DNA of 64,000 nucleotides, from positions 7,082 through 71,081 of the forward strand of contig CAYFLU010000002.1 of assembly GCA_964343975.1 (NCBI GenBank), in the 5' to 3' direction. Under the pieces are notes generated by a model. The model searched no databases and was not told the DNA's origin. It was given only the letters and a program-made list of their open reading frames with translations. This document shows positions 51,867 through 61,064 of this stretch, in pieces (position 1 is the first letter of the stretch; the number at the start of each line of letters is the position of its first letter). The position numbers and the translations under genes were made by a program. The DNA is from an uncultured Solibacteraceae bacterium. Its GTDB lineage: Bacteria > Acidobacteriota > Vicinamibacteria > Vicinamibacterales > SCN-69-37.

Positions 51867-53128
51867 TGACATCGGCCGTGCCGCGTCGAGGGCGTCTCGA
51901 CCTGTGGGGGCTGTTTGCGGGCGCGCTAGCGGTTCGTGTCCTGGCCGCGCTCGTGCTCGACGGCTATCGCCATCCGGGACTGAACGAATACGAGGACATC
52001 GCGCGAAGCGTGGTGGCGGGGACGGGGTACCGCTTCTACCATCTCGGCGTCTGGTACTACTCGTTTGCGGCGCCGCTCTTCGGTGGGATCTGCGCCGCCA
52101 TCTACTGGCTGGGCGGGACGGTCGGCACGGTCGTCGCGCTGCAGGGCATCGTGAGTGCGGCCCATGCGGTTCTGATCGCGGTCATGGCCGAGCGGCTGTT
52201 CGCATCGCGCCGCGCCGGTTGGCTGGCCGGGGCTTTGATGGCCGTCCATCCGGGATTGACGGTCTACGCGTCAGGAAAAGCGCACGATCTGACGTTCGAT
52301 GCGCTCTTCTTCACACTCATTCTTTTCTTCTGTTGGCGGCTGCACGAGCGTCCGACCGTCGGTCGCGCGATCGCCGCGGGGGTCATCGTCGGGATCGGCG
52401 CCCATTCGCGTGGCACTGCGGTCGTGTTCCTGCCGGTGGCCGCGGTGTGGATGCTGTGGTGTCATCGCCACGGGGCGTGGCGGCACTACCTCGCACGCAT
52501 GGTGGTGGCGGGGCTCTGTGCGGTGGCGGTCATCACGCCCTGGGCGACGCGCAATATCCGCATCCACCACGCGTTCGTGTGGATGCTGACGACCGACGGC
52601 GAAAGCCTGTGGGACGGCAACAACCCGAATGCGACCGGGCATTCGTATGCGAGGCCGGATCAGTTGGTGCTCGACCTGCTGCCGCCGGCGGCCTACAAGG
52701 AAATGCGCTCGCAGCCGAATGAGTTGGCGCAGTCGCGGTGGTTCACCGACCAGGCGCTGTCCTTCGTCCGCGAGCATCCCGGGTGGGCCGCCAAGCTCTA
52801 TGCGATGAAGTTCTACGCGTTCTGGTGGTTCAGTCCGCAGATCGGAACACTCTACGCGCGGAGCTGGTTGCTGGCCTACCAAGCGTTCTATGCCGGCGTA
52901 CTCGTGCTCGCCGCTCTGGGCGTGCGGTCGGTGATCGTCGGCGGCACGCCCGCCCGGCGGCAGGAGCTGGTGCTGCTCGGATTGTTCCTGCTGGCGCTAT
53001 CGGCGTTGCAAAGCGCGTACTACGTCGAGGGGCGGCATCGGTGGGCCATCGAGCCGTTGCTCCTGATCGTTGCCGGAGGTGGCGCGGCGTGGTGGTGGGA
53101 TGCGATGCGAAGGCGTTCGTCGTCGTGA
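51866..53128 (+). CDS. GT-C family membrane glycosyltransferase (ArnT/PMT_2-like)
   Basis: ATG 51866 forms a TGATG junction. The first-loop motif is GLNEYEDIARSVVAGTGY. It has more than ten hydrophobic segments. Confidence 0.65.
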   Translation: MTSAVPRRGRLDLWGLFAGALAVRVLAALVLDGYRHPGLNEYEDIARSVVAGTGYRFYHLGVWYYSFAAPLFGGICAAIYWLGGTVGTVVALQGIVSAAHAVLIAVMAERLFASRRAGWLAGALMAVHPGLTVYASGKAHDLTFDALFFTLILFFCWRLHERPTVGRAIAAGVIVGIGAHSRGTAVVFLPVAAVWMLWCHRHGAWRHYLARMVVAGLCAVAVITPWATRNIRIHHAFVWMLTTDGESLWDGNNPNATGHSYARPDQLVLDLLPPAAYKEMRSQPNELAQSRWFTDQALSFVREHPGWAAKLYAMKFYAFWWFSPQIGTLYARSWLLAYQAFYAGVLVLAALGVRSVIVGGTPARRQELVLLGLFLLALSALQSAYYVEGRHRWAIEPLLLIVAGGGAAWWWDAMRRRSSS

Positions 53129-54309
53129 GTGACCGCGCGGCGCGGCCGGGCGTGCTGATGGTGACTGGCGCGTACGACCCCGAGATGAGCGGCGCGGGCT
53201 TGCAGTGTCGCCAGCTGATCCGTGAGATCCGGTCCGCCGTCGACTGCGGTGTACTGACCACCGTGACCGATCCGTCGCTGCCGCTGGATGACGAACGCGA
53301 CGGAATTCCCGTGTGGCGTGTGCCCGTGGATCCGTCGCGGTTTTCATCCAAGGTGCGCGCCGCGTGGCGGATGTGCCGGATTCTGTGGCGGACACGGCGC
53401 CGGTTCCACATCCTGCACTTCCACGGGTTCTCGCAAAAGACCGTTCTGGCCATTGTGATCGGCCGCTGCCTCGGCAAAGCCATCGTGATCAAGCTCACGT
53501 CGGTCGGTCACGATGATCCGATGTCGATGCGGGCGCGCGGCGCGCTGGCGAACTGGTGCTATCGCCAGGCGACGATGTTCTTCGGTGTGAGCCCGCGGTT
53601 CGCGGAGCTGTATCGCGAGGCGGGACTGCCACCGCAGCGGTTCTGCCTCATTCCGAATGGCGTGGATCTGGCGCGGTTCTCGCCGGCCTCGTCAGACGCG
53701 AGATCCGCACTCCGGGCGCGCGTCGGCGTGCCGCGGCACGCGTGGGTCACGTTGTTTGTCGGTTTCTTTTCCCACGAGAAATGTCCCGACGTGTTGTTTG
53801 AGGCGTGGCTGCCGATGGCGCAACGAGACCCCCATCAGGTGCTCGTGCTGGTCGGCGCGACCCGGTCGGCCTATTACGAGGTCGATCCGGCACTGGCTGA
53901 CGGCATTCGAAGCCGCGCCGCGGATGCCGGTGTGGGCGACCGGGTGATCTGGGTCGAGCGCACGGCGTGCATTGAGGACTATCACCGGGCCGCCGATGTC
54001 TTCGTGTTGCCGTCCACCCGTGAAGGTCTCCCGAACGCCTTGCTCGAGGCGATGGCGTGTGGCACGGCGTGTGTCGCCACGCGACTGCCCGGCGTCACCG
54101 ATCGTCTCATCGACGACGGCCGAGAGGGGCGCCTCGTGCCCCCGCGCGATGTCGCGGCGCTGGCCGACGCGTTGACCGCGTTGGCGGCGGATGCCGAGAC
54201 GGCGCGCGCGTGGGGCATGCGTGCGCGCGCACGGGTGGCGCAGGAGTTCAGCGCGAAGGCCATGGGCGCGGCGTATGTCGCGGCCTATGCGCGTGTGGTG
54301 ACGCACTGA
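53125..54309 (+). CDS. GT-B glycosyltransferase (GT4)
   Basis: GTG 53125 forms a GTGA junction. ATG 53158 is an alternative start. The C-terminal motif is PSTREGLPNALLEAMACGTACVATRLPGVTDRLIDDGREGRLV. Confidence 0.8.
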   Translation: MSDRAARPGVLMVTGAYDPEMSGAGLQCRQLIREIRSAVDCGVLTTVTDPSLPLDDERDGIPVWRVPVDPSRFSSKVRAAWRMCRILWRTRRRFHILHFHGFSQKTVLAIVIGRCLGKAIVIKLTSVGHDDPMSMRARGALANWCYRQATMFFGVSPRFAELYREAGLPPQRFCLIPNGVDLARFSPASSDARSALRARVGVPRHAWVTLFVGFFSHEKCPDVLFEAWLPMAQRDPHQVLVLVGATRSAYYEVDPALADGIRSRAADAGVGDRVIWVERTACIEDYHRAADVFVLPSTREGLPNALLEAMACGTACVATRLPGVTDRLIDDGREGRLVPPRDVAALADALTALAADAETARAWGMRARARVAQEFSAKAMGAAYVAAYARVVTH

Positions 54310-56150
54310 TGTGCGGCATTGCCGGCCTCGCGCACTTTGATGGCACCGTGCCGGACGAGGCGCTGGTGTCGCGCATGTGCGATGCGTTGCGACATCGCGG
54401 GCCTGATGACGCCGGGGTGGTGGTCTCGACGGGGAGCGCGTCGGGCGGCGCGGCGGCGTTGGGCAATCGCCGGCTGAGCATTGTCGACGTGGCGGGCGGA
54501 CACCAGCCGATCAGCAACGAGACCGGCGAGATCTGGACCGTCCTCAATGGCGAGATTTACAACCATGCCGAGTTGCGGACGCGGCTGGAGGGACTCGGAC
54601 ATCGATTCGCCACGCGCGCCGACACGGAAGTGATCGTGCACGCCTACGAGCAGTACGGCGAGGCGTGTGTGCAGCACCTCGACGGGATGTTCGCGTTCGC
54701 GATCTGGGATCGCCGGGCGGAGCGGTTGTTGCTTGCGCGTGACCGGTTCGGCAAGAAGCCGCTCTGCTATTGGGCCCACGGGGCCCGCCTGGCCTTCGCC
54801 TCGGAATTGCAGAGTCTGCTGTGCGTCCCCGGGATTGCACGCGACCTCGACGGCATCGCGCTCGGCGACTACCTCGCGTACATGGCCATTCCGGCGCCGC
54901 GGACGATCTACCGGCATGTCAAGAAGTTGCCGCCGGCGCATGTGCTCACCGCCGACCGACGCGGGATCGAGGTCCGTCGGTACTGGCAGCTGCGCTTCGC
55001 GCCGAAGGTGCGCATCAGCGAGACGGAGGCCGTCGAGGAGATTCGCACACGTCTGGCGGCGGCGGTCGATCGTCGCCTGATGAGTGAGGTGCCGCTGGGC
55101 GCGTTCTTGAGTGGCGGCGTCGATTCAAGTGCGGTGGTCGCCATGATGGCGCGCCATGGACGGAATGTGCGGACGTTCTCGATCGGATTTGAAGAGGCGG
55201 CGTACGATGAACTGCCGTATGCCCGTCGCGTGGCGGCGCACTTCGGATGCACGCACGAAGAGTTCGTCGTGCGACCGGATGCGGTCGAGATCCTGCCGAG
55301 ATTGATCCGTCATTTTGGCGAGCCGTTTGCCGATTCGTCCGCGATTCCCACGGCGTATCTGGCCGCGCGCACCAGAGTCCATGTGGCCGTGGCCTTGAGC
55401 GGCGATGGCGGTGACGAGATCTTTGCCGGCTACGGGCGGCATCGCGCGAACTGGCTGGCGGAGCAGCGGTCGGTCCGGCTCCTGGCCGTCCTGGCGCGAC
55501 GCGCTGGAGTCTCCGGGCGGTCGCGGGCCGGGCGCTTTCTCAACGCCGCAGCGGTGGATCGCGCGGACCGGTATCAACGTTGGGCCGGCGTCTGCACGCC
55601 GGACCTGATTCGCGCCATGGCGCCGCCGGCCGCCGACGGTCAAGCGGCGGTGCGGGCCGCGTACGCGGAGGCGGCCGCGCTCGATGCCGTGGATGCCATG
55701 CTGTCGGTGGACACGAACGTGTATCTGCCCACGGATCTGCTCGTGAAGATGGACATCACCACGATGGCGGCGTCACTCGAAGCGCGTTCGCCGTTGCTGG
55801 ACACCGCGCTCGCCGAGTTCGTGGCGTCGTTGCCGTCCGACCTGAAGTTGCGCCGGGGACGCACCAAACACCTGTTGAAGGCGGCCATGGCAGGCCTGCT
55901 CCCCGACGACATCCTCGATCGACGGAAACGCGGGTTCGCGGTGCCCATTGGCGCGTGGCTGCGCGGACCGCTTTACGACTTCGCCGCGGCGCATCTCGAG
56001 TCGTCCGCGGCGGCAGCGGGTGGGTGGCTACACCAGCCGGCACTGACGGCGCTGCTGGCCGAGCATCGCACGGGCGCGCGGGACCATGCGCACCAGCTTT
56101 GGGCCCTCTTGGTGCTCGAACTTTGGTACCGTACGTCGGTAGCGGTATGA
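54309..56150 (+). CDS. asnB: Asparagine synthase (glutamine-hydrolysing) family amidotransferase, copy 2
   Basis: ATG 54309 forms a TGATG junction. It has the MCGIAG nucleophile and the FLSGGVDSS PP-loop. It is 613 aa, the same length as copy 1. Confidence 0.85.
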   Translation: MCGIAGLAHFDGTVPDEALVSRMCDALRHRGPDDAGVVVSTGSASGGAAALGNRRLSIVDVAGGHQPISNETGEIWTVLNGEIYNHAELRTRLEGLGHRFATRADTEVIVHAYEQYGEACVQHLDGMFAFAIWDRRAERLLLARDRFGKKPLCYWAHGARLAFASELQSLLCVPGIARDLDGIALGDYLAYMAIPAPRTIYRHVKKLPPAHVLTADRRGIEVRRYWQLRFAPKVRISETEAVEEIRTRLAAAVDRRLMSEVPLGAFLSGGVDSSAVVAMMARHGRNVRTFSIGFEEAAYDELPYARRVAAHFGCTHEEFVVRPDAVEILPRLIRHFGEPFADSSAIPTAYLAARTRVHVAVALSGDGGDEIFAGYGRHRANWLAEQRSVRLLAVLARRAGVSGRSRAGRFLNAAAVDRADRYQRWAGVCTPDLIRAMAPPAADGQAAVRAAYAEAAALDAVDAMLSVDTNVYLPTDLLVKMDITTMAASLEARSPLLDTALAEFVASLPSDLKLRRGRTKHLLKAAMAGLLPDDILDRRKRGFAVPIGAWLRGPLYDFAAAHLESSAAAAGGWLHQPALTALLAEHRTGARDHAHQLWALLVLELWYRTSVAV

Positions 56151-58003
56151 CCGAAGGCCCTCTCCTGCAGAACCGGGACATCGTGTGCCTGTCGTCGATT
56201 GATTGGCATTTCATCTGGCAGGGCCATCAGGAAATCATGTCGGCGCTAGCCGCCAACGGCAACCGGGTGTTGTTTGTTGAAAACACCGGGCTCCGTCGGC
56301 CGTCGTTCAAGGACATGCCGCGTTTGCGCAAGCGGATGACGAACTGGTGGCGCAGCACGAAAGGATTCCGTCAGGAGCGGCCGAACTTGTTCGTCCACTC
56401 CCCGATGATCCTGCCGTTTCCGTACTCCCGTCTGGCGCGCGCGGTCAATCGCTGGCTGATGCGACGGTCACTCTCGCGTTGGATGAATGCGGCAGGTTTC
56501 GGGCGGCCGATTGTCTGGACATTCCTGCCGACGCCGCTCGTGCAGGATGTGATCTGGGATCTCGACCCCTTCGTGACGATCTACTACTGCATCGACGATC
56601 TCGCGTCGAGTTCGCCGGGGGCGTGGCGCATCGCCGCACCGGAAACGCGTCTCTTCAAGAGTGCTGATCTCGTCTTCGTCACCTCCGAGAAGCTGCGTCA
56701 GCGCGCCGCACAGTTCACCGACCGCGTTCACTTGTTTCCCTTCGCCGTCAGTTTTGCGAAGTTCGACAAGGTCCGCGAAGAGGACGGCGGGATCCCGGAG
56801 GATCTGGCCGCGCTGCCGCGGCCCATTGCCGGCTATGTTGGCGGCATCCATCAGTGGATCGACTTCGACCTGTTGCGCGCCACTGCGGAGGCCATGCCGG
56901 ATGTGACGTTTGCGCTGGTCGGTCCACAGCACGCCGACGCGTCGCGGCTCGCCGGCGTGCCGAACGTGCATCTGCTCGGCCAACGTCCTCATGATGACGT
57001 CCCGCGCTACATCAAAGGCTTTGACGTCGGGCTCGTGCCCTATGTGCGCAACGAATACACGGCGAACGTCTATCCGACGAAGCTGAACGAGTATCTGGCG
57101 ATGGGCATTCCGGTCGTCGCCACCGATCTGCCAGAGATCCGGCGCTTCAATGCCGACCATGACGATGCCGTGGCGGTGGCGCCGACGGCGGAGGCCTTTA
57201 CACGCGCTGTGCGTAGCGCCCTGGCCGGCTCGACCCCGGAGGTGCGTGCGGCGCGGGTCTCGATCGCCCGCCGGAATAGCTGGTCCGGCCGTATTGCGCA
57301 GATGTCCGCACTGATCGAGGGCGTGATTGCCCGCCGACGGAGCGAGCGGTCATGGGAACTGCGCCTGCGCCGGCTGTATCGAGCCGCGCGTCGTCGGGTC
57401 GTCTGGGGCGGCGGTGCCCTGTTACTGACGTTCCTCCTCTTGTTCCAGACGAATTTGCCGTGGTGGCTCGCCGCGCCGCTGCGCCAGGCCGCAGCCCCTC
57501 AGGCCGCCGATGCCATCGTCGTGTTTGCCGGCGGCGTGGGCGAGTCGGGGTTGGCGGGAGGCGGGTATCAGGAGCGCGTGAAGGAAGCGATCGATCTCTA
57601 TCGTGCCGGCTACGCCACGCACATTCTCTTTTCGTCGGGCTACGTGGGGCCGTTTCGCGAGGCCGAGATCATGCGCGACCTGGCCGTGACCGTCGGAAAT
57701 ATTCCCGCCGAGGCGATCGCACTCGAGACGAACGCGGCCAACACGCGCGAGAACGTGCTCTTCAGCCGGCAGATCCTCACGCAGCACCAGTGGCGCCGCA
57801 TCTTGCTGGTGAGTTCGCCGTATCATATGCGCCGGGCCTTGCTGACGTGGCGCAAGCTGGCGCCGGAGATCTCGGTCGTTCCCACGCCGGTCTCGCTGAG
57901 CCAGTTCTATACCCATGATCGTGGCGCGTCGGTCGAGCAGTTGCGCGGGCTCTTGCAAGAGTACGTGGCGATCCTTGTCTATTGGTGGAAAGGCTGGATC
58001 TGA
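56147..58003 (+). CDS. Fusion protein: GT-B glycosyltransferase, one TM helix, then a DUF218 (YdcF/ElyC/SanA-like) domain
   Basis: ATG 56147 forms an ATGA junction. The N-terminal GT-B part carries DIVCLSSIDWHFIWQGHQEIMSAL and VYPTKLNEYLAMGIPVVAT. The TM segment is GGGALLLTFLLLFQTNLPWWL. The DUF218 part carries DAIVVFAGG, ILFSSGY, ANTRENV, and ILLVSSPYHMRRA. Confidence 0.7.
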   Translation: MTEGPLLQNRDIVCLSSIDWHFIWQGHQEIMSALAANGNRVLFVENTGLRRPSFKDMPRLRKRMTNWWRSTKGFRQERPNLFVHSPMILPFPYSRLARAVNRWLMRRSLSRWMNAAGFGRPIVWTFLPTPLVQDVIWDLDPFVTIYYCIDDLASSSPGAWRIAAPETRLFKSADLVFVTSEKLRQRAAQFTDRVHLFPFAVSFAKFDKVREEDGGIPEDLAALPRPIAGYVGGIHQWIDFDLLRATAEAMPDVTFALVGPQHADASRLAGVPNVHLLGQRPHDDVPRYIKGFDVGLVPYVRNEYTANVYPTKLNEYLAMGIPVVATDLPEIRRFNADHDDAVAVAPTAEAFTRAVRSALAGSTPEVRAARVSIARRNSWSGRIAQMSALIEGVIARRRSERSWELRLRRLYRAARRRVVWGGGALLLTFLLLFQTNLPWWLAAPLRQAAAPQAADAIVVFAGGVGESGLAGGGYQERVKEAIDLYRAGYATHILFSSGYVGPFREAEIMRDLAVTVGNIPAEAIALETNAANTRENVLFSRQILTQHQWRRILLVSSPYHMRRALLTWRKLAPEISVVPTPVSLSQFYTHDRGASVEQLRGLLQEYVAILVYWWKGWI

Positions 58004-59836
58004 GTGCGATTCGTCCTGTACCCGTTTCTGGCAGCCTTCAGCGCGGCGTTGGTGCTCGTGCCGGTGGCGCGCGCCGTGGCCATCCGGTTCGGGGCCGTGG
58101 CCCAGCCGAAACAGGACCGGTGGCACCAAAAGCCGACCGCGCTCTTTGGCGGCGTCGCCATTGCGTTGGCCGCACTTGGCACGGCGGTGTACTTCGACGG
58201 CGTGCGGAGCCAGCCGGCCCTGCTCGTGTGTGCCGCCGGGATGTTCCTGTTTGGCCTGGCGGATGACCTGCTTGGCGTGAAGCCCGCCACCAAGCTCATC
58301 GCGCAGCTGTCGATCGGATCGGTCTTTCTGTTCCTTCACTATCGTCTCGGTTGGTCGCACTCGATCACGCTCGATAGCGTCCTGACCTTGTTCTGGTTGG
58401 CCGGCATCGTCAACGCGTTCAATCTGCTCGACAACATGGACGGGCTGTGCGCCGGCGTGGCGGTCGTGGCGGCCGCGGCGTTCATCGTGAATTTCCATCC
58501 CGTCACGCCGGGCCAGCCGACCTTCTATATGGTGCGCTACGCGGCGGCGGTGGCCGGCGCTGCACTGGGGTTCCTCGTCTACAACGCGAAGCCGGCCTCA
58601 ATTTTCATGGGCGACAGCGGGAGCCTCTTTCTCGGCCTGAGCCTCGCCGCGATGGCACTGCAGCCTGGCGCGTCGCTGGTGTCGCCGATCGTGCCGGCCA
58701 CGGGGTTGGGCGTGAAGTTCCTCACGGTCGTGCTCGTTCCGATCGCGATCCTGCTCGTTCCGATCTTCGACACGTCGCTCGTGACGGTGGCCCGCCTGCT
58801 GTCGGGACGCTCGGCATCTGTGGGCGGCCGGGATCATTCGTCGCACCGGCTCGTGGCGATCGGGCTGTCGGAACGCGCGGCCGTCGCCGTGCTGTGGGGG
58901 CTGGCCGCGCTTGCTGGTGCCGTCGGTGTGATCGTGCGCCACTCCAGTGAGAGCTGGTCGATTCTCGCGGCGTTCGTGTTCTTCGTCTCGACGGTGCTGT
59001 TCGCCGTGTACCTCACGCGGGTGAAGGTCTACGCGGAGGGCGATCTGACGTTGCTGACGCAAGGTCGCATGACGCCGGTCGTGACTGAGATCTTCCAGCG
59101 TCGTCGGGCGGCCGAAGTGCTCCTGGACTTCTGCCTCGTGGTCACGGCCTACTACAGCGCGTACCGGTTGCACTTTGATGACCGTGCGTTCGTGGCCAAC
59201 TTCTTTGCGTTCATCAACACGCTGCCGCTCGTGGTCGGTGTGCAGATGGTCACGTTCTTCATCGTCGGATCGTATCGGGGTGTCTGGAAGCATTTCGGGC
59301 TGGCCGACGTCCTGTCGTTCGCACGGTCGGTGTTTGTCGGCACCGTGGTGGCGCAGTTGGCGGTCCTGTATCTCTACCGCTTTCAGGGGTACTCTCGCGC
59401 CGTCTTCGCGATCCACGCGGTGCTGCTCATGGTGCTGTTGGTGGGATCGCGCGCATCGTTCCGCCTGTTGAGTGACTTCGCCCATCGGCAGCGGCAGAGC
59501 GGCCATCGCCTGGTCATTTATGGCGCGGGAGATGGCGGGGTGCTGGCGCTCCGTGAACTACTCTCGCATCCGACCACGACCTACAAGGTGCTCGGTTTTG
59601 TGGATGACGATCCGCTGAAGCGGCGCGTGCGTCTGCATGGCTATCCCGTGCTCGGCGGCTCCGACAGGCTGATCGCAATGATTGAAGCGAAGGAACTCGA
59701 TAGCGTCGTCATCAGCGCGCGCACCTTCGATGAATTCCGCCAGCGTCAACTCGAGCGGTTGTGCCGCGAACACGGGGTGTCACTGTCGAGACTACGCGTC
59801 GATCTCGAGTCGCTCGTCGCCGACGCCGCGTCGTGA
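58004..59836 (+). CDS. Initiating polyprenyl-phosphate HexNAc-1-phosphate transferase (WecA/MraY family) fused to a CapD/PglF-N-terminal-like TM-plus-Rossmann region
   Basis: WecA/MraY motifs are NAFNLLDNMDGLCAG and IFMGDSGSLFLG. The C-terminal third has extra TM helices, followed by LVIYGAGDGGVLALREL...LGFVDDDPLKRRVRLHGYPVLGG...LDSVVIS. No dehydratase domain follows. Confidence 0.75.
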   Translation: MRFVLYPFLAAFSAALVLVPVARAVAIRFGAVAQPKQDRWHQKPTALFGGVAIALAALGTAVYFDGVRSQPALLVCAAGMFLFGLADDLLGVKPATKLIAQLSIGSVFLFLHYRLGWSHSITLDSVLTLFWLAGIVNAFNLLDNMDGLCAGVAVVAAAAFIVNFHPVTPGQPTFYMVRYAAAVAGAALGFLVYNAKPASIFMGDSGSLFLGLSLAAMALQPGASLVSPIVPATGLGVKFLTVVLVPIAILLVPIFDTSLVTVARLLSGRSASVGGRDHSSHRLVAIGLSERAAVAVLWGLAALAGAVGVIVRHSSESWSILAAFVFFVSTVLFAVYLTRVKVYAEGDLTLLTQGRMTPVVTEIFQRRRAAEVLLDFCLVVTAYYSAYRLHFDDRAFVANFFAFINTLPLVVGVQMVTFFIVGSYRGVWKHFGLADVLSFARSVFVGTVVAQLAVLYLYRFQGYSRAVFAIHAVLLMVLLVGSRASFRLLSDFAHRQRQSGHRLVIYGAGDGGVLALRELLSHPTTTYKVLGFVDDDPLKRRVRLHGYPVLGGSDRLIAMIEAKELDSVVISARTFDEFRQRQLERLCREHGVSLSRLRVDLESLVADAAS

Positions 59837-59838
59837 CA

Positions 59839-61056
59839 ATGCCGCGCGTCGCGCTGGTCCTGACCCGCCTCAATGTCGGCGGCCCCGCCACCCAGGTGGC
59901 GATTGTGGCCGACCATCTTCCCGAGCGCGGCTATGTGGCGCGTCTGTTCCATGGGCAGTTGTCGGCCGGCGAGGGCGACATGAGCTACCTGTTCGCTCCC
60001 TCGATCGATCGAGAGCCGATCGCGGGGCTTCGCCGCGAGGTCGCGCCGCTCGACGACCTGCGAGCGTTGTGGCAGACCTATCGCGCATTCTGCCGGTTGC
60101 GGCCGGCGGTCGTGCACACGCACACGGCCAAGGCGGGAACCATTGGTCGGCTGGCCGCGCTCGGATACAACCTGACGATCGGCCGGGAGCATCCGGCCGG
60201 AATCGCTCACACGTATCACGGGCACGTCTTCGAGGGGTACTTCGGTTCACTGTCCACGCGGATCTTTCTGGCGATCGAACGCTGGTTGGCGCGGCATACC
60301 GACATCGTCGTCGCGATCGCTCCGGCCGTGGCACGGGACCTCGTCGAGACATTTGCGGTCGCGCCGGTGGAGCGTGTGCGGGTCGTGCCGCTCGGCCTTG
60401 ACCTCGCGCCGTTCGCGGCCGTCGATGACAACGCGCGCCGGTCGGCGCGCGCCGCGCTCGGCGTGGCACCTGGGCGCCTGGTCGTCACCACCGCCGGCCG
60501 CCTGACGGACATCAAGCGTCACGACTTGTTTCTGGAGATGGCCGCGGCCATTCGTCGCCGCCGGGCCGACGTTGATTTTCTGATTGCCGGTGATGGGGAA
60601 CTGCGCGCGACGCTTGAAGCGCAAGCCGCCGCGCTCGGACTCGGAGAGGCCGTGCGGTTCTTGGGATGGCGCAAGGATCTGGCGACCCTCTATGGCGCCA
60701 CCGACCTTTTCGTGCTGACCTCACGCAATGAGGGCACACCGGTCGCGCTCATGGAGGCGATGGCGACCGCCGTGCCCGGGATCAGCACGGACGTCGGCGG
60801 CGTTCGTGATGTGATCACGGGACCAGAGCGCGGTGTGCTGGTGCCGTTCGGCTCCGGCCAGGCATTGGCGGATGCGGCCCTGTCGTTGTTGGAGGCGCCC
60901 GAACGGCGGCACGCCATGGGGGCGGCCGCCCGCGCCGATGTTGTGGCCCGATTCGGTCTCGATCGCCTGCTCGACAACACTGTGGCGTTGTACGACGACC
61001 TACGGGCGGCGTCCGCGCAGCGGGTGCGAGGCGAGAACCCGTCGCCAGTGAAATAA
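59839..61056 (+). CDS. GT-B glycosyltransferase (GT4)
   Basis: Motifs are VALVLTRLNVGGPA, HTHTAKAG, and LTSRNEGTPVALMEAMATAVPGISTDVGGVRDVI. Confidence 0.8.
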   Translation: MPRVALVLTRLNVGGPATQVAIVADHLPERGYVARLFHGQLSAGEGDMSYLFAPSIDREPIAGLRREVAPLDDLRALWQTYRAFCRLRPAVVHTHTAKAGTIGRLAALGYNLTIGREHPAGIAHTYHGHVFEGYFGSLSTRIFLAIERWLARHTDIVVAIAPAVARDLVETFAVAPVERVRVVPLGLDLAPFAAVDDNARRSARAALGVAPGRLVVTTAGRLTDIKRHDLFLEMAAAIRRRRADVDFLIAGDGELRATLEAQAAALGLGEAVRFLGWRKDLATLYGATDLFVLTSRNEGTPVALMEAMATAVPGISTDVGGVRDVITGPERGVLVPFGSGQALADAALSLLEAPERRHAMGAAARADVVARFGLDRLLDNTVALYDDLRAASAQRVRGENPSPVK

Positions 61057-61064
61057 TACGGACC

